Source: a virus
Virus record (IMG/VR): IMGVR_UViG_3300021139_001382
Location: 3,221-67,220 of that record
Strand: one strand, 5' to 3'
Length of the DNA stretch: 64,000 nt
A model generated the notes under the pieces. That model saw nothing but the letters and a program-made list of their open reading frames with translations. It searched no databases and was not told the origin of the DNA. The translations under genes and the position numbers were made by a program. Shown here one piece after another: positions 26,301 through 31,430 of this stretch. How positions within the stretch are numbered: position 1 is the stretch's first letter; each line of letters begins with the position of its first letter.

Positions 26301-27438
26301 CACTCCGGGCACGTATATTGTGTCCAACATCTCTCCTACGGAATGGCGTGTAAGTATAAGTCAATCAGTATTGTCAACAACTATTACTGGAATAGTAGAT
26401 GTTAACTGGATAACAGTCCAATCAACGGTTGAACTAGTTGCAGATACACCGATAATATTCACCGGAACAACATTCGGTGGAGTAGTTGCTGACACGATTT
26501 ATTACGTTAAAGAAGCATTGACTGCTACTACGTTTACTATCTCTGACACGTTCCAAGGAGATGCTTTCGTATTGTATAATGATTCTGGAGTGATGCGAGT
26601 TACTCAATGGGAACAGACTGATGTGGACAGATTATGGGTAACAGTTAACGGTTACCGAGTCCCGTCAAGTTCACTGACACTGAACCCGTACAACAACCTG
26701 AGTATTCTTACAACGATTGTTCCAGGTGACGTAGTTATTATCACAAGCATGATGCCAACTGCTACCCCGAATCAAGTTGTTTATATGGAACAGGTAAATA
26801 AAAATGGTGAAGGCTCTGTATACAGAGCAAACAATCAGACAAGGACATGGATCACTGCACCGCTGACAGACACGGATTCAATTATATACGTTAACGATGT
26901 GGCTCGACTTATTAACACTATCGTTCAAAATGTTGTTGCGCCGGCCGCAGCACCCGATGGTGTGATAAGTATAGGTCTTAATGTCGATAAGCGGTTGATA
27001 TCTAATATTACTGTTTATAATGAAACTACCCATACTCTTGTATTACCATCGAACTATAGCGAGGTCAATGAGAACTTGTCTCCGATGTTGAAAATCACCG
27101 GACAAGTTACCGCCGGCAATCAATTGACAATTTCTATCCTTGAGGGTAATCTGTTGTATCTTAACGGTGAACAGATCAGATTCTCATCGGTTGACTTGGT
27201 TGCGAACACGATATCAGGTTTGCAACGCGGCGCAAACGGCACCGGCGTAAGAAGTTTGACACCTGCATACAGTGAAGTATACGGATTGCTGTCCAAGAAC
27301 AGAATGAGTGATCTGTTGTATAATAACACTTGGAACGACGATGACTATCCAGACTTCGACGGTGATGTAGACGGTGGTCCTTTGCAAGTAAGCACAACTG
27401 TTGGTGCTTTATTCTTACTTACGGGCGTAGACCAATGA
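8335..27438 (+). CDS. Giant (6367 aa) repeat-rich virion structural protein (baseplate wedge/fibre-like)
   Basis: A 19.1-kb uninterrupted ORF directly after the gp6-like gene, preceded by GATAAGTA (8309-8316). It is Ser/Thr/Gly/Val-rich with FG-GAP-like, BNR-like (SxDGxxW) and several internal repeats. IKPYHVVIKEF resembles the wedge-type KPxH motif. Confidence 0.85.
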   Translation: MATRIRTLNFLPEIFKTLTNSQFLNATLDQIVDQPNLERIQGYIGSKLGYGINAKNNYVTEPTKTRTDYQLDPGVVFLKNGTGTSQDFISYPGIIDALALEGGVTNNNSRLFNGQFYSWDSFTDLDKIINFNQYYWLPEGPARVSVYNSTVYSESAYIVTDVVNGYNITVDSQAQGVTNPTITLLRGGTYTFAVNQTGQFWIQGEPGVTGYSSSQTNVQTRDVFGVDNNGSQTGFVTFNVPTKNAQDEYNFPGNNFVDVVSTLPYDQINGALVSELVNIDGITALNGLTLMFYDTGVASEQGFISTFYDTTTFDQIDPALVDGFGNYDGGYYTDVSATFYTITYIGDVGSQTIRLVESGSIPTNQKITASFGNEWISRNFYRNTSGTVSLIPYLSAILDTLYYQDGTTANKVGQIKIIDSNVTNTLDILTEVLGQKTFTSSDGVAFTNGLRVVFSGDVYPTSYKNVPFYVEGVGSAIELILVDDLIAPELFSAAGTDIPFDTLAYDIGNFDSSLYVPVTPDYITVSRNAINKNAWSRSNRWFHIDVITATATYNDNPDLVSLYATAANKAKRPIIEFYPNLRMFNSGVVGKAPIDFIDFKTQDAFSLVAGQEHYYPDIEVYTGYAASIAAVSISTVAASSLVVGTYYSISALGDTNWNAVAGTSGETFAANQVILCKATGSGTGTGIPVSTTVSVLTSDITGTFQVGQYITDSTNLLPRNAYITDITGTTSLTITVAWSTPVGVGSSASASLVASDTTNDNFSLFEGSRIVFAADTNDEVRNKIYVSRFSSITPTSTPVITLSDADDSVVLADNQTVAFRGFENTGKSFYFNGSKWISAQQKITVNQPPLFDIFDDNGISFGDPDYYIGTSFTGTPLLAYGIGSGLDDIILGFPVRYSSVNNVGDISFDVSLNLDTFNYVQGSSPITQNINTGYVYNYTSLTEHVRQLGWQTAIAPSVQYQVFEFQYLESAPVTTFICDVAMNSNNTWPAIQLYVNNVLQPASSYSTSTTDTTTIVLFTPTSLVDNVIQIMLLSDQVSKTAYYGIPTNLNNNPLNADVTTVNVGDIRRQYQSIFQNNVNITGTMFGSNNYRDSGNVVPYGSSIIQNSASLVLPGAFLRNQNHNLFNSLLFNSREYITFKTLLVNTVNSTEYSVYQSAASMLDDALDQITAAKTDSNSFFWSDMLPSKAAYISNNYSFANSLDTSIFPLSRVYDFAQANYYGVLVYLTRTTDNLTQVTQLLLNVDYTISPDSPALTIQKELLPGDLINIREYNQTYGSYVPNTPTNLGLYPSTIPSVALDSNYSQPTYFIVGHDGSYNKLYGAYDPVTGRLIDFRDQVLLEFEKRIYNNLKISAAIPIKEYEVLPGFFRDTGYSYDEILEIYSESFLNWVGQNRIDYKKQFYSSTNEFTYNYYQSGNKINKEVIQPGYWRGVYEYFYDTCNPDTAPWEMLGFTNQPTWWETRYGPAPYTSDNLVLWNDLAQGIDWNNGTPVVITQAIRPELLQVLPVDTAGNLVSPFVSIVGNYADYTFQNDWKVGDMGPAELSYRRSSSWPFDLMRILALTKPAEFFNLGVDLDNYKYNEEFGQYLVNDRSHLKLSDIEIYGSGTAKTSYINWIVDFEKQVGVDATQNIKDLFSNIDVRLVYRLAGFSDKDMLKFYVEKGTPNSKNSSLLIPDESYSVLLYDNQPFKRIIYSSVIVQITTHGYKVYGNSQTKAYFTVLKPKINGNYAEVKIEKSSVQVANDYFDTAVVVPYGTEFVSVQEVAQFLESYGRYLVSQGALFEQIESGIVVNWRQMVAEFVYWSQTGWEIGSIVNINPAATLLTINKDSNIVQPLTLHKHNFILNQNLYPIASTDLSVVRDGTLFTATPLNPNDTVAYGQFNISNFEHGIVFDNVTLFDDIIYNLTTGLRQNRIVVKGSKTAEWNGTIDTQGFILNQDNIQEWNKESKYTTGSIVKYKNKYWIAVKIVQASELFDEQYWKQTDYNEIQKGLLPNPSTRSYESTLYYDVNTANLESDADLLSFSLIGYRPRGYMAIADLTDITQVNVYKNLIKNKGTLNAASVFKGAQLSQGSIDYDIYENWAIKSGEFGGVLNSNFIEFKLNESQLTGNPSIVGLTASDDTIGVQQEVQMYSLYNYGRVVTDPNVLPLSDNAPSSVFPDAGYVNFNDVKMSSYFYSGLPNAVDISGTTVPLSELYVRDYVWIANQQGTWQTYTPSSLGQVVYAKNNLNSTVTITFRQLHNLAKYQSFAVVNFNQNIDGYYIVASIVDPYSVTIGLNLNPNITSVTGLGTGFKFQSQRVATPNKIDTLPLLDSEFTKNKVWVDTNSDGNWAVYRKGINYSFDTAITKTATGSLGSAVAYTPLLGYLISDAEVGQAYRYTYNALTLGYDLVGTLPVTPRPSFGAAISYADDIFAISEPTGGTAAVLIYKLFSTTTNDDLVLQQTILAPSGTTNWGSATAISGDKKWLYISDIVNNSVRVYRLSAVTDLPATALSAGRTYAISTLGNTDWNVPAGTSGIVYEVGSMFTATTTGTGTGTANDITYEAAHIIDGDALALTTSGDNFGYSLSTDYYGDTLVVGTPDKNSGTLDNWGYTHVFNRTVQNVEAHYNTQSDIPQTFTIAWDTTLEYTSTTVTATSASTNLITCNSTVDFVVGMPVIFSGTIIVDCGISANKVYYIKTVTLPLDGTFTISETRGGAVVQLTTRTGAFTVTVQSTPLYVSVNGTLLTDDGYAVINNVLNVITPIIAGDIVNVSSLNFVLIQTLTTETTPRTGVQFGLSVDTTTHASEILVGAPFELNSQQTNNQNIEGAVYRFTNGGANYGMIIGTEDCIIASPITILLNGYTVSLPIGDATLAATVINNTHIINVIAAASDNKLVIQLIDTTLSTPNNKLILSVLDQTSLTQLGITIYTQTQVINDPHEGGRTQFGSVVKFNEFGSFVTSAPAATRFGATTFDFTDDETDNDTVFDNNATQWIDTFANAGAVYMFDYIPEHNESLSDIGKFVYAQSVNDTSLDYGAQPMYGQALEFNASRVVIGTPNFRPDQTNGQVVSYSNALGEQDWSVYRSSAAVVDINRIQDIQMYSALTNTTLDNLDYIDPLQGKILGSAQENIDVISNQDPAGYNSTARNGSVVWGAGKVGQLWFNTANTRFVNYHQNDVVYNSKYWGRVFPGSDVSVYSWITSILLPSQYAGPGTPFDVMSYTTEYVLSATGALQPVYFFWVRNTNVIFTQAGKTLSDTIIESYIANPIGSGISYFTPLLPSAFALYNSYENINANDTVLHIGFSTGTNDDVSHGLFSLIRAGYADDFLPGLPGTSALDIPESLYNRMLCSLCGVDASGAVVPNPYLPKPVQYGVSARPNQSFFINRFGALKNYLTYANEVLAQYPIVETRQSTFLSLVGDINPSTVNNPNWGGAPMPMYDTPKYWNYINWWSTGYNDNTKSVTQVGIYADLSAIVATTGMIVTVAANGDGKSETYVYTSIGTWNRIGLQDGTIEFSSVLWDYETAHIGFGDNFFDTTPYDSYPSTETKNVLRSLNEEIYTNDLLIHRNKSLILLFEFAQSETIQSQTYMPWLNKTSFIDVAHTIRELLPIPVYQSDNQDFLSGFMNEIKPYHVVIKEFLFKYTGTDVFEGDVTDFDVPAMYNSLIEKFITPELVYDNPSDNQYLFTDPIWQTAPYKAWYENFGLSITGVNDFQITTTASYIALNSNAFAVDNANGFPINGVVKIGNELIGYSSVDRATSIISGLTRGVSGTVVATHLPNTQIYIDLPAILLLDGGRGYSEPPKITAYIDTTIYPAPTSPAILVAVMSLDSVLRVDVIDPGQGYAVLPEIVIDPSIQLTFTSADVSTRSNTISLVSPLLQTGDLVKYIVGIDTVAVSGLSDGQYYYVNVLESAPSFVIALYSKYADSVVDQNRISLFGAGSGSNNFLYVSARASCVSSAIPIRESQLTLRFDRTTYSSPVTDWVTGEFYGSFFAGFLNDSDKIASSSITLYDSQPPIESVLASAQGAAFEISAVSSLDTLTWSSRTREVACTYSGADMIYPNVIKILPSVGGTPVSEDQPIGSTIGFYIGMPVKFDGAVYGTGLVNDTIYYVKALVEIFDGTSMVPIGFKISATIVAGIPGPEYPLTAATISAAGLICLIGQPTSTAVVSIDYPGILQVVHTAAGTNKISVPRTALQISSGSAGTTGFYVGVPLFFVGEVFGGIIENETYYVTTVVDEETFTMSKTSTPVMVEVTATTFGTNLITCDSTLLLSINDPVIFTGTVFGNIVKGTTYYVSYISGLTFSISSIINGVNVLLSTDSGSMTVTNQKDTFDLTTSSGSMTLNVGLPVSPGQITGQLFTFYPTGGIVATGVSGIDGNLLNRTIVNAISGTAPAGDYLAISEASGGLTDFYIGMPIQFPTTYAGFAPAVTYHVAASGTVTTIVTATSSSSPTYYLTCDSTAGFYVGMPILLSGTPMGGLDLDAQYFIKTINGSYQFNVTDTAGGAILALTGTSGAMVVTGTPYIRLDTAVGSDESTSVVITQSPTAAPIFNVGFILGGYYVDLKSPGAGYTLTNTITIPGTAFTPIALSPANDLIITVSGIDSIPPNTDPDTNWQLPAVSLGTITATICSGTPMEITSQYYLKVVTANKCEVYYDSFMTIPVAGVDFIYNPADYAFLPEPFFFDQSIVLYNHKLYKCIISNNDPEFIFGKWELLSSGAREINALDRIVGYYQPTINMPGLDMTQLVDGITYPNSTYLGNAFAPDDEFELDTLLQDKPFYPTEINLESIVWNGDNYLAISGTPDYSAILSSDTGITWSIDTISDQPLQASDIVFSGSRYVITTNNRATPILVSSDGVVWTTNGQYTPYGSTPYDELYDTTSLSVAAISLNSVAYLNGKYVAVGENIVISDDTYAWREVYAFGNTTLNNVLNGVVSINLPYYTGFIAVGAGQQYTYPVGGITTVVDVSILLWSSDGLGWNNLIAPLTTGALNAACQGGDRILVVGDAGAKFTSINGVSWVNVSYGTNNLRDATYSTSMSMLVAVGDNGIIETSVDEGVTWIEQSSGTIQNLHGIVWNATSDEFVIVGDNNTILMSSDGILWTSSSLFITNPTVYDVQGETFMSGYGPEELVPGVINDNLTMLVTTRPGTNWNATEYAHVGYSVESIELSPTSGSQVEYSFANVLAIPAQLSVFVIDKTTGLSTTIYQPAYSVDWMMKTITLATPLSFVGVGDSDRLRIDVYEVGNGDQLVKSNTQSNPVVNDPVTGFDEIQLNCNYSAPRFSGSGVIRPGTPPVEVEATETDSATNTILCASVTDFSINDEITFQGVVFGNVAEDTSYFVKTISYVSKRITISETLVSGIAGPTFELADDTGSMQVITQIGTGAVWTDPIVYHTGSKLIIGSTNIAADTDGITNIIQCNSTSGIYDNDPIVFDNRMFGGVVPHQPYYVKNVISPNEFTISETLGGPVFALSNGAGLATFITYDYAFGLAENGVSATLIFSDLYDTRYDYITYTVFGETSPQQYGYTIPEIAVFTVQNTETSFYVTNFVSGDNPINAVVEYNGRRLVNITDYVLNPLTNTVTLTFTTTPGSTVAVTSYNLTDRQYLHTTYGGPFSGSTASTLIIGSTTHTDGLYDEDSPSIELFDQDIPPVLFDEILDYLTLSSGSTSVLHINDAIVFESPVFGGIVAGEIYYVVGILSPTEFTVSITVGGVPITLTTASGSMLAFINPATVANIVGVDNAITPPLAITNVVATAIGTNIITCANTSGFVSGQQILFKASIFDAIALTPTLTYQIVELGTTDWNVVAGTIGIIYEVGNVLSNIASVGTGTGTALLADFGGISTLGVVYFVYQVLSPLTFTIKDVDGNVVTLTNDLGLVKGYVGGNPAITITTGVPHNLVENNLIRIDGTTGSIQLNNETFYAKIINSTQLALYSTPYNPALTAINNPTTTISSYAGGGYVWLDRTFTLTTTNATATTHDLTAIMTAAIADVSSVPTLTVSASSGDPIEPGMILTGLGVTPGTYIVSNISPTEWRVSISQSVLSTTITGIVDVNWITVQSTVELVADTPIIFTGTTFGGVVADTIYYVKEALTATTFTISDTFQGDAFVLYNDSGVMRVTQWEQTDVDRLWVTVNGYRVPSSSLTLNPYNNLSILTTIVPGDVVIITSMMPTATPNQVVYMEQVNKNGEGSVYRANNQTRTWITAPLTDTDSIIYVNDVARLINTIVQNVVAPAAAPDGVISIGLNVDKRLISNITVYNETTHTLVLPSNYSEVNENLSPMLKITGQVTAGNQLTISILEGNLLYLNGEQIRFSSVDLVANTISGLQRGANGTGVRSLTPAYSEVYGLLSKNRMSDLLYNNTWNDDDYPDFDGDVDGGPLQVSTTVGALFLLTGVDQ
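10240..25745 (+). repeat. Three dispersed copies of a ~50-aa module (A..L..G..Y.I..LG.T.WN..AGT.G..(Y/F)......GTGTG) within the giant protein
   Basis: Copies at about 10240-10395, 15785-15935 and 25595-25745, read from the translation. Confidence 0.8.
16230..26600 (+). repeat. About 11 dispersed copies of a ~70-aa module (TN.I.C.ST..F.VG.PV.F.G..FG......YYVK......FT.S.T..G....L....G.M.V)
   Basis: Approximate starts at 16237, 20490, 20810, 21034, 21440, 21615, 24163, 24487, 25220, 25519 and 26403, with a degenerate copy near 19860. Confidence 0.75.
22610..23580 (+). repeat. BNR/Asp-box-like beta-propeller repeats within the giant protein
   Basis: SSDTGITW, SSDGVVW, SDDTYAW, SSDGLGW, SINGVSW, SVDEGVTW and SSDGILW, interleaved with L..v.......VAVG..G motifs. 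Confidence 0.75.
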
Positions 27439-27449
27439 TAAATAAAGAT

Positions 27450-27596
27450 ATGAATACATCTGAAAATAAACCAGAACCTGTAAAAGCGGATTCTGAAGTA
27501 AAACCCAACGAACACGGTGGGTTTTACTTTTCCTCGCATGTAAAGATCACAGATCCAAATACTAAAGAAGTATTGGTGCAAACACGGGGCGATTAA
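27450..27596 (+). CDS. Small hypothetical protein, 48 aa (absent from the ORF track)
   Basis: MNTSENKPEPVKADSEVKPNEHGGFYFSSHVKITDPNTKEVLVQTRGD. An alternative in-frame ATG at 27435 overlaps the giant-gene stop. GATAAATA lies at 27437-27444. The C-terminal half resembles the N-terminus of 28254..28871. Confidence 0.7.
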   Translation: MNTSENKPEPVKADSEVKPNEHGGFYFSSHVKITDPNTKEVLVQTRGD

Positions 27597-27601
27597 GTGT
27601 T

Positions 27602-28264
27602 ATGACAATAATTTACGAAACAATTAATCTTCATAATAAAGAACATGGTATTTATCCATGGCGATACATAGGAAGTGACCAGTTTAATAATCCATTGTAT
27701 CTGGGTTCTAGTCGTGATCTGAAGAAAGACATTGAAATATTAGGACGATCAGCATTTATGAAGATTGTATTAGAAGAATGCGGTGATATTGAAAATAAAG
27801 AACTTAGAAAAATAGAAGTTGAAAAATACCTTAAACCTAATAAAGTGCGATCGGATCAGTCATATTACAATCGGTCGGAAACGTATAGTCCGGGCTGCGG
27901 CCAAAAAGGAATGAAACATTCTAAAAAATTCGCAAGAACCGAAAAATGGAAACTTAGTAGAACCGGCCACTCTGTCAGCGAAGATAGTAGAAAACTAATG
28001 GCCGAGAAGAAACGTGGTAACAAAGCATCCTTATCTACTAAAAAGAAGATGAGTCAAACTAGAGATTCATATGATAATCCGTGTGCGCTTGAATGGACGA
28101 CCATTAACCCCTATAAGGAAGTCATAAATATTCGGTCGCTGAGAAAATGGTGCAGAGAGAATAATTATAATTTTTATGACATCTATTACAGTAGAAATGG
28201 TTGGAAATCTACTCGACATGGTACAGGAGTAAAGAGCAACCAAAGGAAATTAAATGCAAATTAA
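27602..28264 (+). mobile_element. Free-standing GIY-YIG (Seg-like) homing endonuclease with NUMOD3-like motifs
   Basis: IIYETIN...YIGS.....YLGS...LKKDI...G...F...VLE is the Seg-type GIY-YIG domain. GHSVSEDSRKLMAEKKRG and ASLSTKKKMS are NUMOD3-like. The gene is more AT-rich than its neighbours. Confidence 0.85.
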
Positions 28265-28871
28265 TGTCGGTTTTACAATTAATGGATCTATTAAAATATA
28301 TAATCCGCAAACAGGAGAGGTGTTTGTAGAGAAAGATAACCAGATTAATTACGAAAATATGTCAGAGGCGATGGCTGATACGCTTAGTAGTCGCGGATTC
28401 GGCGAAATATATCAAATGGCTTTCGGAAACGGCGGCGCAGCGGTTGATGAAACTGGGGTTATCACGTATCTGCCGCCAAACACTACTGGACAGAACGCCG
28501 CTCTTTACAATGAAACATACACTAAGATCGTTGACGATACAAGCGTGTTCAACTTGGATCCTACGAGAAACAAGATGACTATTTCGCATCAAACTGGAAA
28601 GGTCTATACCGACATTTTAGTTCAATGCCTGCTTGATTACGGTGAGCCTGCAGGGCAAGCAGCATTTGATAACAGCACACAAACGGATTCCTCCTACATT
28701 TTTGATGAATTGGGATTGCTTGCTAACTATGGCACTGATACAAACGGCAATGTCATAACCAGATTGCTTACTCACGTGATTTTTCACCCGGTCCAGAAGA
28801 GTTTGAATAGACAAATACAGATCGATTACACGATCAGAATACAGTCATTAACCAACTTAGTGACGATTTAA
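28254..28871 (+). CDS. Hypothetical virion structural protein (baseplate/tail-associated)
   Basis: MAFGNGG, FDELGL and LLTHVIFHPVQKSLNRQIQIDYTIRIQ resemble tail-collar/baseplate-type small proteins, and the gene lies in a structural context. Confidence 0.65.
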   Translation: MQINVGFTINGSIKIYNPQTGEVFVEKDNQINYENMSEAMADTLSSRGFGEIYQMAFGNGGAAVDETGVITYLPPNTTGQNAALYNETYTKIVDDTSVFNLDPTRNKMTISHQTGKVYTDILVQCLLDYGEPAGQAAFDNSTQTDSSYIFDELGLLANYGTDTNGNVITRLLTHVIFHPVQKSLNRQIQIDYTIRIQSLTNLVTI

Positions 28872-28879
28872 GATAAATA
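28872..28879 (+). promoter_or_regulatory. Late-promoter-like motif GATAAATA
   Basis: Intergenic, upstream of the RBS GGAG and the ATG at 28898. Confidence 0.5.
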
Positions 28880-28897
28880 ACATATCGGAGAGAATAA

Positions 28898-30085
28898 ATG
28901 GCATATACAATTGTAAAAAGCGACGGAACAGTTCTTACTTCTATCGCTGACGGCACAATCAATACAACAAGCACCTCGGTAGGATTACCTGGTAGAAACT
29001 ATGCTGGTTACGGTCAGACTCTGGACACGAACTTCGTACACCAAATTGAAAGTTACGCATCCACTGTACCGCCTGCGAACCCACTGCGCGGCCAATTATG
29101 GTATGATACGAATGCAAGTACATTAAAAGTATGTCCGGCTGACGGAGCATCAGCGTCATCTTGGTTAGCACTAACTTCTACTTCAAGCGGCGGCACTACG
29201 ACATTCGGCGCAGTTACAGTGACTGGTAATGTTCAAGCAAACAATTTGACTGCTGTGAACAATGTTCAAGGCGCACAGGGCGTATTTACCAACATTTCTG
29301 TTGCAGCAAACGCTAATATTGCAACTGCAAATGTTACTACCGGCATTATAGGAACATTAGATACTACATCGATTACAACCGGCGGCACTGGTGTAGCAGG
29401 TGCGATGACTGGTACATGGACATTAGACGGAGCAACATCAGGTAATGCGTTGATAGTTACCAGTGGTAATTTGTGGGCTAATGCCGGCATCAGAGTCAAC
29501 CCTGCTAACTTGTGGGACCTGTCAGGTAACCCGATATCGTTCGCGGGAACATACGGTAATAGCAACGTTGCGTTATATATGTCAACTGCCTACACCGGAC
29601 CGTTGCAGCCTAGTAGTCTTACTACTAGTTCTATTTTAGGTGGTGGTACAATTGGTGGGATTTGGACCCTGTCGACAGGGGCAAGATTAAATGCGACATA
29701 CGCTGACTTGGCTGAAAGATTTGAAGCTGATGCAGAATATGACGCCGGCACAGTTGTTGAATTAGGTGGAGAGAAAGAAGTTACTTCTGTTGTAGGTGAT
29801 CTTAGTGAAACCGTATTTGGTGTGGTCAGTAATACTGCTGCTTACCTTATGAATTCGGCAGCAGGATCAGACAAAACACACCCGGCGATTGCCGTGAGTG
29901 GCCGGGTACAAGTTAAGGTATCCGGCAGTGTTAAAAAGGGAGATAGATTAGTGAGTGCAGGAAGAGGCAAAGCCCGGGCAGCACAATTAGGTGAGGCTAC
30001 GGCATTCAATACTATCGGTCGTTCATTAGTTAATAAAAGCGATGAAGGAACTGGCACAGTAGAAGCAATCGTAACTATTAAATAA
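28898..30085 (+). CDS. Tail fibre-like protein with a C-terminal intramolecular-chaperone/peptidase G2-like domain
   Basis: N-terminal GRNYAGYG...NFV...E.(Y/F)A....P.NPL.GQLWYD, a Thr/Gly/Asn-rich shaft, and C-terminal YADLAERF...GTVV..GG...GVVS...GRV.VKV.G.V.KGD.LVS. Confidence 0.7.
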   Translation: MAYTIVKSDGTVLTSIADGTINTTSTSVGLPGRNYAGYGQTLDTNFVHQIESYASTVPPANPLRGQLWYDTNASTLKVCPADGASASSWLALTSTSSGGTTTFGAVTVTGNVQANNLTAVNNVQGAQGVFTNISVAANANIATANVTTGIIGTLDTTSITTGGTGVAGAMTGTWTLDGATSGNALIVTSGNLWANAGIRVNPANLWDLSGNPISFAGTYGNSNVALYMSTAYTGPLQPSSLTTSSILGGGTIGGIWTLSTGARLNATYADLAERFEADAEYDAGTVVELGGEKEVTSVVGDLSETVFGVVSNTAAYLMNSAAGSDKTHPAIAVSGRVQVKVSGSVKKGDRLVSAGRGKARAAQLGEATAFNTIGRSLVNKSDEGTGTVEAIVTIK

Positions 30086-30100
30086 CAACAAGGATAACAC

Positions 30101-31063
30101 ATGACTTACGCACAATACGGCACTATACAGGCCACTGATTTCAATTTATTGGTGACCGGCGACTCTTCCGGGTCAGCAAATACAGCTAACGCCGCACTAA
30201 ACACTTTCTGGGCCATAGGTAATCAGAACAAGGGATATGGACAACCTGCTACAGCAGCAGCGGTTGCCGGCGACACTATCACCGTTGCTAAATGGGCCAA
30301 CTTAGTAGCCAACACCGCACAGGCAGCAACTCACCAAGGATCTACTATTACAAGCGTTGCAGTCCCGGTTGTTGGCGGCACAGTAACATACCTGTCAGCT
30401 ATCCCGACCAATCTGACTACGGTTACTTCCAACAGATTAAACGCTGCATCACAGGGCTCAACATCAGCAAATACAGCAACATATGGTAGCGCATGGTTAA
30501 ATGCTATTACATTCACCCATACTGTTACATTCGCATCGGGAGATGCAGCACGTTACTTCTTTAATGCAGGCGGTCAACTAGCAATTACTTGCTCACACCC
30601 TGCTGGCACAGGCATTAACTTATTGTTGAATAATCTGGCTAGTAATATTGGAACAGTAGTGGTGAGTTCACCTACTACCGGATCAGTATCGGTAGCAGGT
30701 ACATCATATAATGGTATCACTAAAATAGGCGGCGGCGGCAATACCCCCACAATCGGCACTAACACAGGTTACTTCGCACTGACTACTTCTAATGCAACAG
30801 CATTTAATCAAATCGCATCAACTGGTCCTGCAGGTTACCTAAGCACATTCGTTAACATGCAAGTCAAGTCAAACGGCACACAGGGTGCGAACGGCGATGC
30901 AGGCAGTGTTGTAACTATCTACACGGTATGGGATGAAATTCCAAACGGTCTTTCAGTATCAGCGGGCTCTGCAACATCAGTGACCCTTCGTCCACCAGAA
31001 ACTACTAACATCGCAAACACTTGGGGTGCAGTAACTATTTCGGGCACAGTATCCGGTAGTTAA
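30101..31063 (+). CDS. Hypothetical virion structural protein, Thr/Gly/Ala/Ser-rich
   Basis: Contains GYGQ and VTFASGDAARYFFNAGG segments, has the RBS AAGGA, and lies in a structural context. Confidence 0.65.
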   Translation: MTYAQYGTIQATDFNLLVTGDSSGSANTANAALNTFWAIGNQNKGYGQPATAAAVAGDTITVAKWANLVANTAQAATHQGSTITSVAVPVVGGTVTYLSAIPTNLTTVTSNRLNAASQGSTSANTATYGSAWLNAITFTHTVTFASGDAARYFFNAGGQLAITCSHPAGTGINLLLNNLASNIGTVVVSSPTTGSVSVAGTSYNGITKIGGGGNTPTIGTNTGYFALTTSNATAFNQIASTGPAGYLSTFVNMQVKSNGTQGANGDAGSVVTIYTVWDEIPNGLSVSAGSATSVTLRPPETTNIANTWGAVTISGTVSGS

Positions 31064-31112
31064 ATTTATCAACCGGGCAGTATTCGTCTAAATACACGTA
31101 GGAGTGTATTAC

Positions 31113-31430
31113 ATGAATACTGCATCTTTAATTACAGACGCGAAAGCGCGTTTCAGTCACAATTCGGCGAAAGCCTATCTCAAGGACAAATTCTCCAGCA
31201 AACTTATCGTTGCCGAACAGGGCGGCCTATGGACGGCTTCACCTGCCCTTATTTCTTTCCTCAGTGTGCAAACACCCTTTACTATAGATGATAATGTTAT
31301 CGTAATCGATAATTTTGATAATCCGGTACAAGTCGATGGGAAAGCACTGTTGAAGAAACTACAAGACACTTACAACACCGTGATGAACGAGTGGCACGCA
31401 GAATGGGCATCGTTAGAAAGCAAACGATGA
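31113..31430 (+). CDS. Hypothetical protein (possible fibre assembly factor)
   Basis: AGGAG at about 31100 and CTAAATA at 31088-31094. The ATG at 31113 is preferred over the GTG at 31104. Confidence 0.6.
   Translation: MNTASLITDAKARFSHNSAKAYLKDKFSSKLIVAEQGGLWTASPALISFLSVQTPFTIDDNVIVIDNFDNPVQVDGKALLKKLQDTYNTVMNEWHAEWASLESKR

Noticed and set aside
9160-27397. Many short alternative-frame and antisense ORFs inside the giant gene
   Set aside because: They are fully nested in a long coherent ORF and have no recognisable motifs or expression signals.
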